Assembly (NCBI GenBank): GCA_012520615.1
Contig: JAAYNX010000054.1
Span: 245-64,244, forward strand
DNA: 64,000 nt
Origin: Clostridiaceae bacterium
GTDB lineage: Bacteria > Bacillota > Clostridia > DSM-8532
Direction: 5' to 3'
Position numbers and translations under genes: made by a program. Shown here in pieces: positions 53,070-63,825 of this stretch; position 1 is the first letter of the stretch; every line of letters starts with the position of its first letter. Below the pieces are notes generated by a model that was not told the DNA's origin, ran no database searches, and saw nothing but the letters and a program-made list of their open reading frames with translations.

Positions 53070-54527
53070 ATGAGCATTATGAAAACTTTTTTATCGTTTT
53101 TAAAAGTAGGCACCATTGGATTCGGTGGAGGAAGTGCTTTAATTCCTGTTGTCGAAAAAGAATTAGTACAGGGTCAAAAAGCAATGTCCGATGCTGATTA
53201 TCTCAAACATACGGTTGTAGCGAATATAACCCCTGGAGCATTGCCGGTAAAGCTGGGCGCAACATGCGGATACCAGCTAAATAGTGTAGCCGGAGCTCTT
53301 GCAGGGGCTTATGCCGTTGCGCTGCCGGGAATACTGTTTACAGTGATTTTCATGGCTATGTTTTCGATTCTTGGCGAAGGTGTGATAAATTATTTTAACT
53401 ATGCATCGGTGGGAATTACCGCCTTCATAGTATTTCTACTTATAAATTATGTTATTAAAACAGTTAGAGCTGGTGATGCAAAAATAAATTTAGCTCTTTG
53501 TTTAGCCGCATTTGCCTTAACAGGTGGTAAAGAGATTAGAGAGATTGCAAGCCAACTATTTAATATTGATATTAATAAACTGGGAACGCCTCTTTTTGAT
53601 ATATCTACCATTGACCTTATTATTTTGACCTTTTTTGTTATTCTTATATTAGAAAAGCTGAAATCTAAGACAGAACTATATATAGCTTTGGGAGTATGCT
53701 TTGTGTATGCTTTTTTAACAGGAAAAACAGGTAAACTTTTAGGCCTTGCAGGCTATAAGGGTATTTTGTTAATTGCTATGATAATCTCAATAGTTTTATT
53801 GTTTTTCTTAAGACCAAATAAAACTAAGAATAAGAGTAATATCGTCATAAGCAAGTCTGCTATTGCAATTATAGTACTCTTTTTAGTAATACCCATTATT
53901 TTTTGTCTTTTAATTAATTATTTATTCTTCATGTCATCGGATAAAAGTATCTTTAGTTTTTTAGGAAATGTGGCCTCCTCCACCGTTACTTCTTTTGGAG
54001 GTGGCGAAGCATATGTATCGGTTGCTGATGGGATATTCGTACAAGGAGGCTTAGTTGAGGCAGATAAGTTCTACACACGGCTCGTACCTGTTGCCAATTC
54101 CCTTCCCGGCCCGATATTGGTTAAGATAGCTGCAGGTCTAGGGTATCTTTTTGGTGAACAGATTGGTGGAGCAGTTGCGGGCTGGGCACTTGCAGCCGCA
54201 TCGGGTACAATGGCAATAGGTGCCTGCAGTTCTATCGCAGTATTGGTTATGAGTCTTTATGAAAGTGTTAAGCAATGGGAATTTATATCGAATCTTAAAA
54301 AATATATACTTCCGGTAATATGCGGTATGCTGCTTTCCACATCGGGAGCAATGCTTTTTGAAAGCATGAAAATAACAGGAGCGAAAGAAATTCCAGGTTT
54401 AATTTCTTTACCTGCAATTTTTATTCTTATATATGGCATTCAATACTTGCATAAGAAATTCCACCTCCATGACGTATTGCTTCTTTTGATATCTGCCGTG
54501 GTTAGCCTTGGTATTCTTATATTTTAG
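53070..54527 (+). CDS. chrA: Chromate ion transporter (CHR) family protein, two-domain fused form
   Basis: 485 aa. LKVGTIGFGGGSALIPVVEKE appears at the N-terminus, and a second CHR-like half carries SFGGGEAYVSVADG. Confidence 0.75.
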   Translation: MSIMKTFLSFLKVGTIGFGGGSALIPVVEKELVQGQKAMSDADYLKHTVVANITPGALPVKLGATCGYQLNSVAGALAGAYAVALPGILFTVIFMAMFSILGEGVINYFNYASVGITAFIVFLLINYVIKTVRAGDAKINLALCLAAFALTGGKEIREIASQLFNIDINKLGTPLFDISTIDLIILTFFVILILEKLKSKTELYIALGVCFVYAFLTGKTGKLLGLAGYKGILLIAMIISIVLLFFLRPNKTKNKSNIVISKSAIAIIVLFLVIPIIFCLLINYLFFMSSDKSIFSFLGNVASSTVTSFGGGEAYVSVADGIFVQGGLVEADKFYTRLVPVANSLPGPILVKIAAGLGYLFGEQIGGAVAGWALAAASGTMAIGACSSIAVLVMSLYESVKQWEFISNLKKYILPVICGMLLSTSGAMLFESMKITGAKEIPGLISLPAIFILIYGIQYLHKKFHLHDVLLLLISAVVSLGILIF

Positions 54528-54630
54528 CTTTACTGTTTATTTATTATAGTTTTTTATAGTTTATTGACTAAAATATGTTATACTAAATTTGGTTAATATT
54601 ATCATACAAGTATTGATAAGAGGTGGATGT

Positions 54631-55776
54631 ATGGATTTATATGTTAAAAACGGTGATGTTTTTATAAATGGAACTTTTATAAAAGCAAATATTACTGTAA
54701 AAGGCGGAAAGATAGTCTCATTAAGCGACGAGAATCTACATGGGCTTCCTGAGTTGGATGCTTCGGGAAAGCGTGTTGTCCCCGGTTTTATTGACATACA
54801 TACTCACGGTGCAAACGGTGTAGACATAAACCATGCAAACAGTCAAGACATTTCAAACATAAGCAGCTTTTTCGCCTCCCAGGGTACAACATCATGGATA
54901 GCTTCCATTGTTACCGATACTGAGGAAAACACATTGTGGTGCATTGAGCAAATCAAAGAAGCTATTAATAATCCCGATAATGGAGCTCAATTGTTGGGCA
55001 CGCATTTAGAAGGCCCATTTTTGGATCCGCAATTCAGGGGCTCTATGGCCGAACACCTCCTTAAAAAAGGAGAGTATGATTTGTTTAAAAAGTTTTATGA
55101 TGCGGCTGACGGAACAATAAAGTATATCACTGTCTCTCCTGAGGTTGATGGAGTATTAGAGCTAATCAAGGAAATACGCAAACTAGGAATAGTTGTTGCG
55201 ATAGGCCATTCCGGAGCCGATTATGATACCACTATGGAGGCAATTAATAATGGGGCTACCTGTGTTACACATATTTTTAACGGAATGAAAGCCATGCATC
55301 ACCACTCTCCCAATATTGCCGGTGCTGTTCTGGAAAGCGATATTTATTGTGAAGCTATATGTGACGGAAGACATTTGCATCCGGGAGTAGTGAGGCTCAT
55401 TATTAAAACGAAAGGACTCGATAGGGTTGTCGCCGTTACAGACAGCATCACTGCTACAGGATTACCCGACGGAGAGTATTATCTTGGTGTAAATAAGGTA
55501 AGAGTAACCAACGGGGATGCGAGGTTAGTAAGCAACGACGTAAGAGCTGGCAGCACGCTTACTACGAATAAAGCACTTCAAAATCTTGTAGAGTTTACCG
55601 GTAGAAAATTAGAAGAGATTATTCCCCTTCTCACAAAAAATCCAGCTACTGTTATGAATATTATTGATAGCAAGGGAACATTAGATGTTGGTAAAGATGC
55701 TGATATAGTGCTTTTAGATGATGCTCTAAATGTAGATACCACAATTGTAGGTGGAACTATTGCATATAAGAGATAA
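54631..55776 (+). CDS. nagA: N-acetylglucosamine-6-phosphate deacetylase
   Basis: GFIDIHTHGANGVD (HxH), GTHLEGPF and AIGHSGA motifs. Start at MDLYVKNG (ATG 54631, GAGGTGGATG upstream). Confidence 0.8.
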   Translation: MDLYVKNGDVFINGTFIKANITVKGGKIVSLSDENLHGLPELDASGKRVVPGFIDIHTHGANGVDINHANSQDISNISSFFASQGTTSWIASIVTDTEENTLWCIEQIKEAINNPDNGAQLLGTHLEGPFLDPQFRGSMAEHLLKKGEYDLFKKFYDAADGTIKYITVSPEVDGVLELIKEIRKLGIVVAIGHSGADYDTTMEAINNGATCVTHIFNGMKAMHHHSPNIAGAVLESDIYCEAICDGRHLHPGVVRLIIKTKGLDRVVAVTDSITATGLPDGEYYLGVNKVRVTNGDARLVSNDVRAGSTLTTNKALQNLVEFTGRKLEEIIPLLTKNPATVMNIIDSKGTLDVGKDADIVLLDDALNVDTTIVGGTIAYKR

Positions 55777-55791
55777 TATACATTATGTATG

Positions 55792-55847
55792 AGGGGCTGT
55801 TTCAAAATCGGCGCATAGGATTACCGCCTATTTTGAAACAGCCCCTT
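55792..55847. terminator. Long hairpin between convergent nagA and asnS
   Basis: 17-bp perfect stem AGGGGCTGTTTCAAAAT/ATTTTGAAACAGCCCCT with a 22-nt loop that has its own GGCG/CGCC pairing. T-runs are weak on both strands. Confidence 0.6.
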
Positions 55848-55876
55848 TAAAATACATTTTTAATCTGTTATTTTAT

Positions 55877-57268
55877 TTAGAACTCAGCATTATTTACTGT
55901 TCTAGGATAAGAAAGAACGTCTCTGATATTCTGCATGCCTGTCATATACATAATAATACGTTCAAATCCAAGTCCAAATCCAGCATGTTTAGTACCGCCA
56001 AAACGTCGGGTATCTAAGTACCAATCATACTCCTCTTTGTCCAGACCCATTTCTTCCATGCGCTTCTCTAATACGTCAAGGCGCTCTTCTCTCTGGCTTC
56101 CGCCTATTATCTCCCCAACTCCCGGAACCAAAAGATCCATAGCCGCAACAGTTTTATCATCATCATTTACTCTCATATAGAAAGCCTTGATTCCTTTAGG
56201 GTAGTTAATAACAAACATGGGTTTTTTCATAATTTGCTCTGTTAAATAGCGTTCGTGCTCTGTCTGGAGATCTGCCCCCCATTTTACCGGGTATTGGAAT
56301 TTGTGACCGCTATTTTTCAGCAGTTCTATAGCTTCTGTGTAGGTAATGCATCCGAATTCAGAATTAAGAATACCGTTAAGTCTTTCATAAAGCCCCTTAT
56401 CAATAAATTCATTAAAGAAGTCCATTTCTTCTTTAGCATTATCCATAACATATTTAATGATATATTTAATCATATCCTCGGCAAGCTTCATATCATCATT
56501 AAGGTCTGCAAATGATATTTCTGGCTCAATCATCCAGAATTCAGCCGCATGACGAGTTGTATTACTATTCTCGGCTCGGAAAGTAGGACCAAAAGTATAC
56601 ACCTTGTCAAAAGCCATTGCATAGGGTTCTACTGCAAGTTGTCCGCTTACTGTAAGGCTTGTTTGCTTTCCAAAGAAATCTTCGGTGTAATCAATCTCAC
56701 CCTTATCATTCCTTGGTGGATTGTTCAAATCCAGAGTTGTTACCTGAAACATCTCTCCTGCGCCCTCACAATCACTGGAGGTAATAATGGGAGTATGAAC
56801 ATAGACAAAACCTCTGTCTTGAAAGAAACGATGTATAGCGTATGCCAAAACAGACCGCACCTTGAACACAGCAGAAAAAGTATTCGTTCTGGGGCGAAGG
56901 TGTGCAATGGTTCTTAAATACTCAAAGGTATGCCGCTTTTTCTGCAATGGATATTCATGACTTGAGGCTCCCTCAATCTCCACCGCAGTAGCCTTAACCT
57001 CATATGGCTGTTTTGCCTGAGGCGTTTCTACAACAATACCTTTTACCCTTATAGCACTTCCTATATTGAGTTTTGCTATTTCGCTAAAATTATCAAGACT
57101 ATTGTCAAAAACCACCTGAAGGTTCTTAAAAAACGACCCGTCATTAATTTCAATAAAACCAAAGGTTTTTGTATCTCTTATAGTACGTATCCAGCCGCAT
57201 ACTAAAACTTCCTTGCTTGACAACTCTTTATAGGACGCGTTCAGTTTCTTTATCTCGGTTCTTTCCAC
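55877..57268 (-). CDS. asnS: Asparagine--tRNA ligase
   Basis: 463 aa with an N-terminal OB anticodon-binding domain and class IIb core ([38 protein letters not shown]). GTG start with GGGAGATGA upstream. Confidence 0.92.
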   Translation of the reverse strand: MERTEIKKLNASYKELSSKEVLVCGWIRTIRDTKTFGFIEINDGSFFKNLQVVFDNSLDNFSEIAKLNIGSAIRVKGIVVETPQAKQPYEVKATAVEIEGASSHEYPLQKKRHTFEYLRTIAHLRPRTNTFSAVFKVRSVLAYAIHRFFQDRGFVYVHTPIITSSDCEGAGEMFQVTTLDLNNPPRNDKGEIDYTEDFFGKQTSLTVSGQLAVEPYAMAFDKVYTFGPTFRAENSNTTRHAAEFWMIEPEISFADLNDDMKLAEDMIKYIIKYVMDNAKEEMDFFNEFIDKGLYERLNGILNSEFGCITYTEAIELLKNSGHKFQYPVKWGADLQTEHERYLTEQIMKKPMFVINYPKGIKAFYMRVNDDDKTVAAMDLLVPGVGEIIGGSQREERLDVLEKRMEEMGLDKEEYDWYLDTRRFGGTKHAGFGLGFERIIMYMTGMQNIRDVLSYPRTVNNAEF

Positions 57269-57418
57269 TAAAAATCATCTCCCGTATTCTAAATATTGCT
57301 TAATCCCTTGATACCAATTAATTATACCATCTTAACATCCATATTCAACTGCGAATATATACATTATTTCTTAATTCTTATATAAAATAATTTACTAATT
57401 CATACATCTTAATAATTC

Positions 57419-58342
57419 TTAAACAAATGAGGCAACCCAGCTTATTAACACAGGGGCTGTAATAATAGATAATAGATTTGATACCGCAACACATTTTGAA
57501 GCAAAAACGGCATCGTTGCCAAACATCTCGGAAAAAATCGTTGCATTAGCCGCCGCAGGCATAGCCAAAGCCGTAACAGTAACAGCTGCCGGCAAATACG
57601 GAACTCCTACCAGCAGTGCTATTAAAAAGGCCAAAGCGGGCATGAGAATTAATCTTACAATGGATGAAAGATACACTTTCCAGTCATTGAATAAAGTCAC
57701 TAATCTTGCTGTACTGATTACTCCCCCGACTATCAGCATAGATAAAGGCATGGTAGTATCACCCACAGCTTTTATCGCCCCTTTGATAGTTGAAGGAATA
57801 GGTATACTAAAAAGAAATACTATTGTTCCTATGTAAACTGCTATGATAGCCGGGCTTAATAATACCCTTTTTAATGTCTTGGCCTTTGTATCTTTTCCTC
57901 CAAACATCATGTATCCGTAGCTCCAAAGAAAAACATTGAACAATACAATATAAAATGAACCGTAAAAAGCTCCTTCTTCACCAAAAACCGCTCTCATAAG
58001 AGGGAGCCCAATATAACCGCAATTTGAAAAAATGGCGGTAAATCTAAGTACTGGGGCAGTCCTCTCATTAAATTTTCCGTAAATTAGCTTAGAAAGTGTA
58101 ATTGAAACTATAAACATAAAAGTGGTGAATCCAATTACCCAAATTGTGTTTACAAGGCGTTCCTGAGAAAAATCAATAAAAAACGAATTAAATATCATCA
58201 TCGGGGTAGAGATGTAAAGTAGTATTTCAGAGAGTTTCTTAGTTCCATTTGAGTCCAGAATGTTAAATTTCCCCGCTACATAACCTATGGCAAGAATAAT
58301 GAAAAGTATAATTACTTGGTTTAGTACGACGTTAAATTGCAT
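57419..58342 (-). CDS. AEC (auxin efflux carrier) family permease
   Basis: 307 aa, ~10 TM helices, typical AEC/malate-permease-like sequence. Confidence 0.75.
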   Translation of the reverse strand: MQFNVVLNQVIILFIILAIGYVAGKFNILDSNGTKKLSEILLYISTPMMIFNSFFIDFSQERLVNTIWVIGFTTFMFIVSITLSKLIYGKFNERTAPVLRFTAIFSNCGYIGLPLMRAVFGEEGAFYGSFYIVLFNVFLWSYGYMMFGGKDTKAKTLKRVLLSPAIIAVYIGTIVFLFSIPIPSTIKGAIKAVGDTTMPLSMLIVGGVISTARLVTLFNDWKVYLSSIVRLILMPALAFLIALLVGVPYLPAAVTVTALAMPAAANATIFSEMFGNDAVFASKCVAVSNLLSIITAPVLISWVASFV

Positions 58343-58513
58343 GTTGTCTCCTCCAAAAGCAGCAAATCATATATCATTGAATATTCTCAATACAGTCTAT
58401 ATTATCTTATATTAAAAAACAAGTAGTCGTTATGCTAAAGCGGCTTAATAGAGCCTTTTATAGAGTCTCAAAGAGCCTAGCAACAAGCAACTCTTGTTGG
58501 TTTAGTGCTAACC

Positions 58514-58554
58514 TAAAAAAGTCCCTCCCTGAATAAGTAGGGAGGGACTTTTGT
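58514..58554 (-). terminator. Intrinsic terminator after the hydrogenase operon
   Basis: Minus strand: AAAAGTCCCTCCCT-ACTTATTC-AGGGAGGGACTTTT followed by a T-run, 10 nt past the hydA stop. Confidence 0.85.
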
Positions 58555-58563
58555 ATGCTTTGA

Positions 58564-60318
58564 TTAACAATTGTCCTCTGGATAATTCTCACGGGCAACG
58601 TAATGTGTGTGAAGCAGTTCGTGAGATTTATGTCCGCCTGGTTTCTCAAAGTATTCCTCATACATCTTTAAAACGTATGGGTTGTGGTGGGATCTTCTAA
58701 GTGTAAGGCTTTGATCCTCCTGGTAAAGAGCTTTTGCACGCTCAGCTCTCAAATCCATTTCATTTCTTACAGATGCAGGTTGTATGGGTTGTCCGCCTCC
58801 GCAAACACATCCGCCGGGACATGCCATAATCTCAATAAAGTGATACTCAGCCTCACCGGCTCTGACCTTATCAATAAGTTTTCTGGCATTTCCAAGACCA
58901 TGTGCAACTGCAGCCTTAATTTTTACGCCGGCAATTTCCACTTCTGCCTCTTTTATTCCATCAACACCGCGGACAACGTTAATATCGACGTTGTCATCGT
59001 CCTTACCAGTTAATAGGTATGGCACGCTTCTAAGAGCTGCTTCCATAACACCACCTGTGGCACCGAAAATAACACCTGCTCCGGTAGCTTCTCCCATAGG
59101 ATCGTCAAATATCTCATCACCAAGATTTTTAAAGTCGATTCCCGATTCCTTAATCATCTCGGCAAGCTCACGGGTTGTAATAACCTCGTCAATATCCGGA
59201 TAACCTGTTGAAGCCAATTCAGGCCTTTCAGCTTCGAACTTTTTAGCGGTGCAAGGCATAACTGATACAACAAAGATTTTTGAAGGATCAATCCCTATTT
59301 TCTTTGCATAGTATGACTTAAGAACGGCTCCAAACATATTTTGCGGTGATTTGCATGTAGATAGATTATCAAGCATATCAGGGAAATTATGTTCGCAGAA
59401 CTTTATCCAGCCGGGGCTGCAGGATGTGATAAGAGGAAGTTTACCATTATTCTTGATTCTATCCACAAGCTCGGTTCCTTCTTCCAGAATTGTAAGATCC
59501 GCAGCGGTATCTGTATCAAATACTTTGGCAAAGCCCAGCTTCTTTAATGCTGCCACCATTTTTCCTGTAACAGGAGTTCCAATAGGATAGCCAAATTCTT
59601 CACCAATAGCTGCACGAACTGCCGGAGCTGTTTGCACAACAACATGAAGATCTTTATTGCTTAAGGCCTCCCATACCTTTTCGGTGGAGTTTTTCTCACG
59701 CAGAGCACCAACAGGACATGCTACTATACATTGACCGCAGTTTACACAAGGAGTGTCTTTCAGCGGCATATGGAAAGGTGACGCAACAATTGTATTGTAA
59801 CCTCTGTCTATTGTTTCAATAGCAGATACTGTTTGAACATTTTTACATACGCTTACACAACGACGGCACAAAACACATTTATTGGGGTCTCGTACTATAG
59901 AAGGAGATAAATCATCTATAGGATAGTGCTGCAATTCGCCTTCAAAACGGATGTCATGAATTTTCAAATCCTGAGCAAGTTTCTGAAGTTCGCAGTTTAA
60001 GCTTCTAACACAGCTAAGACACTTTTTCTCATGGGATGAAAGTATGAGCTCAAGTGTAACTCTTCTGGTTTCGCGAATTTTAGGACTATTGGTGATAACC
60101 TTCAATCCTTCTGATACTGGATACATACAAGCAGCCTGGAAGCTTCTTGCTCCAACATCAACTATACACATGCGGCATGCGCCAATTTCGTTAATATCTT
60201 TGAGGAAGCAGAGGGTGGGTATGTTAATCCCGGCACTCTTTGCAGCCTCTAGCACGGTTGAGCCAACCGGGGCTTTTACTTCTTTACCGTCTATTGTCAG
60301 GGTAACAAATTCGGACAT
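58564..60318 (-). CDS. hydA: [FeFe]-hydrogenase catalytic subunit (group A, HydA/HndD type)
   Basis: 584 aa with an N-terminal 2Fe-2S and multiple 4Fe-4S Cys clusters. H-cluster motifs are TSCSPGW, MPCTAKKFE and ACPGGCVCGGGQP. Confidence 0.92.
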   Translation of the reverse strand: MSEFVTLTIDGKEVKAPVGSTVLEAAKSAGINIPTLCFLKDINEIGACRMCIVDVGARSFQAACMYPVSEGLKVITNSPKIRETRRVTLELILSSHEKKCLSCVRSLNCELQKLAQDLKIHDIRFEGELQHYPIDDLSPSIVRDPNKCVLCRRCVSVCKNVQTVSAIETIDRGYNTIVASPFHMPLKDTPCVNCGQCIVACPVGALREKNSTEKVWEALSNKDLHVVVQTAPAVRAAIGEEFGYPIGTPVTGKMVAALKKLGFAKVFDTDTAADLTILEEGTELVDRIKNNGKLPLITSCSPGWIKFCEHNFPDMLDNLSTCKSPQNMFGAVLKSYYAKKIGIDPSKIFVVSVMPCTAKKFEAERPELASTGYPDIDEVITTRELAEMIKESGIDFKNLGDEIFDDPMGEATGAGVIFGATGGVMEAALRSVPYLLTGKDDDNVDINVVRGVDGIKEAEVEIAGVKIKAAVAHGLGNARKLIDKVRAGEAEYHFIEIMACPGGCVCGGGQPIQPASVRNEMDLRAERAKALYQEDQSLTLRRSHHNPYVLKMYEEYFEKPGGHKSHELLHTHYVARENYPEDNC

Positions 60319-60337
60319 ATTATTTCACTCTCCCCTC

Positions 60338-62128
60338 TTATTTCTTCTCAATGGCGGCAAATTTACATACATCCATGCAAACACCGCACTTGATACATTT
60401 ACTTTGATCTATTAGGTAAGGCTTCTTAATTTCGCCGGAAATAGCACTAACAGGACACTTTTTCGAGCAAAGGCTACAGCCCTTACACTTATCAGAAATA
60501 ATAGTGTATTTAAGCATGGCCTTACAGACACCTGATGGGCATCTGTGTTCCTTGACATGAGCCTCATATTCATCTCTAAAGTATTTTATTGTGCTAAGAA
60601 CCGGATTTGGAGCTGTCTGGCCTAATCCACAAAGCGCACCCTGCTTAATGCTCTCAGCCAGAGTTTCTAGCTTCTCTATGTCTCCTTCTTCGCCTTTACC
60701 GCTTGTTATGCGTTCAAGAATTTCATACATGCGCTTTGTACCTATACGGCAAGGAGGACATTTACCACAGGATTCATCAACGGTGAATTCCAAGAAGAAC
60801 TTGGCAATATCCACCATACAGTTGTCCTCATCCATGACAATCAAACCGCCGGAGCCCATCATGGAACCCAGTGCTATGAGGTTGTCATAGTCAATGGGAG
60901 TATCTATATGGCTAGCCGGGATACATCCGCCAGAAGGTCCTCCGGTTTGTGCAGCCTTAAATTTCTTACCTTTTGGTATACCGCCACCGATGTCATATAT
61001 AACTTCACGGAGGGTAGTTCCCATAGGTATTTCTACAAGACCGGTATTGTTAATTTTTCCGCCTATTGCAAATACTTTTGTACCCTTGCTCTTTTCAGTA
61101 CCTATGGTGTTAAACCAATCTGCACCCTTTAAAAGAATAACTGGAATATTTGCATAAGTCTCAACATTATTAAGAATGGTCGGTTTCTCCCAAAGTCCTT
61201 TTACAGCAGGGAAAGGCGGACGTGTTCTTGGCTCACCGCGATGACCTTCAATGGATGTCATTAGTGCAGTTTCCTCGCCGCAAACAAATGCTCCGGCACC
61301 CAAGCGAATCTCTAAATCAAATGAGAAGTCTGTGTCGAAAATATTCTTACCGAGAAGTCCGTATTCACGGGCTTGTTCAATGGCTATGTTAAGACGTTGT
61401 ACAGCAATAGGGTATTCAGCTCTTACATAAATATATCCTTGGTTAGAACCAATTGCGTAGCCGGCTATTGCCATAGCTTCAATTAAAGTGTGCGGGTCTC
61501 CTTCGAGGATTGAACGATCCATAAATGCACCCGGATCGCCTTCGTCGGCATTACAGCAAACATATTTTTGATCGTTTACTTCTTTTGCGGCAAACTGCCA
61601 TTTCATACCGGTTGAGAAACCTCCGCCTCCACGTCCGCGAAGGCCTGATTTTTTAATTTCGTCAATGACTTGTTGAGGTGTCATTTCGGTAAGAGCCTTT
61701 GCCAAGGCTGCGTAACCGTCTTTTGCGATATACTCATCTATTACTTCCGGATTAATAACACCACAGTTACGAAGGGCTATTCGGTATTGACGGGAGAAGA
61801 ACTCCACATTATCAAGAGACTTTGCAACATCCTCTGCATCTTTATCACCTAATAAAAGCCTCTTTACAATACGTCCCTTAACCAAATGCTCGTTTACGAT
61901 TTCTTCAATATCATCTGGTGTAACGTGACAGTATGTAGCTCCTTCGGGATAAATAACTAGGATGGGGCCCTTTTCACAAAGACCGAAACACCCGGTTTTT
62001 ACTATCTTTACTTCTTTTTCTATACCTTTTGCAGCAAGCTCTTTTTCTAATCTAGCCATTAATTCAGGAGCTTTTGAAGCTGTGCATCCGGTACCATTAC
62101 AAATCAGTACATGTGATCTGTAGACCAT
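60338..62128 (-). CDS. hydB: NuoF-like NAD(P)H-binding flavoprotein subunit of the hydrogenase (HydB/HndC)
   Basis: 596 aa with GRGGGGFSTGMKW (FMN/NADH site), ESCGKCPPCR (N3 cluster) and C-terminal 2x[4Fe-4S] ferredoxin motifs. Confidence 0.9.
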   Translation of the reverse strand: MVYRSHVLICNGTGCTASKAPELMARLEKELAAKGIEKEVKIVKTGCFGLCEKGPILVIYPEGATYCHVTPDDIEEIVNEHLVKGRIVKRLLLGDKDAEDVAKSLDNVEFFSRQYRIALRNCGVINPEVIDEYIAKDGYAALAKALTEMTPQQVIDEIKKSGLRGRGGGGFSTGMKWQFAAKEVNDQKYVCCNADEGDPGAFMDRSILEGDPHTLIEAMAIAGYAIGSNQGYIYVRAEYPIAVQRLNIAIEQAREYGLLGKNIFDTDFSFDLEIRLGAGAFVCGEETALMTSIEGHRGEPRTRPPFPAVKGLWEKPTILNNVETYANIPVILLKGADWFNTIGTEKSKGTKVFAIGGKINNTGLVEIPMGTTLREVIYDIGGGIPKGKKFKAAQTGGPSGGCIPASHIDTPIDYDNLIALGSMMGSGGLIVMDEDNCMVDIAKFFLEFTVDESCGKCPPCRIGTKRMYEILERITSGKGEEGDIEKLETLAESIKQGALCGLGQTAPNPVLSTIKYFRDEYEAHVKEHRCPSGVCKAMLKYTIISDKCKGCSLCSKKCPVSAISGEIKKPYLIDQSKCIKCGVCMDVCKFAAIEKK

Positions 62129-62143
62129 AATCCAGACCCCTCC

Positions 62144-62512
62144 TTACCTTTCTGCCGCACCAACTGTGAACTCGGTGACGGGCTTTTGGTTAACAATATG
62201 TTCCGCTACTATTCTTCTAGCTTTTTCAGCGTCTAATTTAACATAAGTTGTTTTTTCACCGTTAGCATCAAAAATTTCTGCAACGGGCTCTAAACGGCAT
62301 ATACCGATACACCCGGTCATAGTTACGTTAACATTATTAATATTTCTCTTGTTTAATTCGTCAATAAAAGCACTCATAACAGGTTTAGCACCTGCAGCAA
62401 TACCACATGTGGCCATACCAACTACGATTCGAACCTTATCATCATTTTCACGTATTGACATTTCTTTTAAAGTTTTTTCACGAATAGCCTTTAATTCTTC
62501 AATTGACTTCAT
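62144..62512 (-). CDS. Thioredoxin-like [2Fe-2S] ferredoxin subunit (HndB-like)
   Basis: ~122 aa with GMATCGIAAGA...GCIGICRLEP. Start at MKSIEELK (ATG 62512). Confidence 0.75.
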   Translation of the reverse strand: MKSIEELKAIREKTLKEMSIRENDDKVRIVVGMATCGIAAGAKPVMSAFIDELNKRNINNVNVTMTGCIGICRLEPVAEIFDANGEKTTYVKLDAEKARRIVAEHIVNQKPVTEFTVGAAER

Positions 62513-63062
62513 CCAGAACACCTCCATAAACTGATTTTATTCCATCGGTTATTGTATTTTGTATCCATTCAAGAACATTATTATTTGCTATTGAAACTCC
62601 ATCTAAGTGATGTTTTAACTCATCTGTATCTAAAGTAAAATTATCTTTTTGGGAAGTAAAATGAATACTCCAGGAGATATTTGGATTAGCCATTATTAAC
62701 ATCTTAATAGTTTCCGATATATCCCCTAATGGAATCCTGTCTATATGCTTTACCTCAAACTTTGCTTGAAGTTTTGTTCCCTTGCCAAGCTCCGATTGAA
62801 TTATTAGCTCACCGCCTGCCATATTAGCTGACTGCATCAATAGCGGAATTCCAAGACCTACATTTCTGGTGGTTCTACTTGTTTTAAACGGGTCTGTAAC
62901 TTTCTTAAGAAATTCTGCGTCCATTCCTTTACCGTTATCCAGAATTTCAAATATAAGCATCTGTGGGTCACCTTGCACACTTAAACTGATACTTATTCTG
63001 TCAGCTCCCGCCACAATGGAGTTTTGTGCAATGTCCATTAAATGTAGTGATATGTCCTTCAT
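62499..63062 (-). CDS. Stand-alone GHKL (histidine-kinase-type) ATPase domain protein
   Basis: 187 aa with N-box-like NSIVAG, G1 LDNGKGMD and G2 GLGIPL motifs. There is no DHp/His phosphoacceptor region and no sensor domain. Confidence 0.7.
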   Translation of the reverse strand: MKDISLHLMDIAQNSIVAGADRISISLSVQGDPQMLIFEILDNGKGMDAEFLKKVTDPFKTSRTTRNVGLGIPLLMQSANMAGGELIIQSELGKGTKLQAKFEVKHIDRIPLGDISETIKMLIMANPNISWSIHFTSQKDNFTLDTDELKHHLDGVSIANNNVLEWIQNTITDGIKSVYGGVLDEVN

Positions 63063-63065
63063 AGA

Positions 63066-63566
63066 CTATACCGCTTCGGCTTCCATATCAAAATACTTTT
63101 GTATTATTCCGGGGATATCATCTACAGCAAGTCTTCCGTAAACATCCTCGTTTATCATGATAACAGGGGCTAAGCCGCAAGCACCGACACATCTGCATGC
63201 ATCCAAAGAAAAGATTCCGTCTGGTGTACATTCACCGCTCTTAATCTTCAGAATCTCTGCAATTTTGTCATAAATCTGACCTGCTCCCTTAACATAACAG
63301 GCAGTTCCCAGACATACATTAATCTTATACTTACCCTTGGGATTTAGTGAAAATTGAGTATAAAATGTAACAACCCCGTATACATCGGCCAGGGATACAT
63401 TTAGTCCTTTTGCGACTTTCTTTTGCACGCTCATGGGAAGATATCCATATAGTTCCTGAGCCTCATGCAGTACAGGAATAAGCGCGCCGCGGGAGTCTTT
63501 GTACTTAGCAATTATTTTGTCCAGCTCTTCTGACTTATTATCTGCTTTACAGCAACCGCAACTCAT
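63066..63566 (-). CDS. hydC: NuoE-like [2Fe-2S] subunit of the hydrogenase (HydC/HndA)
   Basis: 166 aa. The CLGTACYVKG...CRCVGACGLAP cysteine pattern matches NuoE/24-kDa subunits. Confidence 0.88.
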   Translation of the reverse strand: MSCGCCKADNKSEELDKIIAKYKDSRGALIPVLHEAQELYGYLPMSVQKKVAKGLNVSLADVYGVVTFYTQFSLNPKGKYKINVCLGTACYVKGAGQIYDKIAEILKIKSGECTPDGIFSLDACRCVGACGLAPVIMINEDVYGRLAVDDIPGIIQKYFDMEAEAV

Positions 63567-63825
63567 AGTAACAACCTCCTGAATCTCATTTTCGTAGATG
63601 TTTATCGTTTTGTTAATAGCTTAACAAACCTTTTTAATTGTATCATATGGGTAACCATATTTCAATAAATTCTAAGGACAAATCAGTTTTTTCAGATTGA
63701 ATTATGCTGAATTTTTACACATTTTTATTTTATTTTTAGGTAATATCAACAAAAGCTAACTCAACGCAATCAGAGATTGTTGCTAAACTTAAAAACCATG
63801 TTATAACCGAAAAAAACATATTGTG

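Noticed and set aside
57269-57418. Looked for a T-box leader upstream of asnS
   Set aside because: The AT-rich 150-nt region has no GGUGGUACCGCG-type core and no terminator/antiterminator pair.
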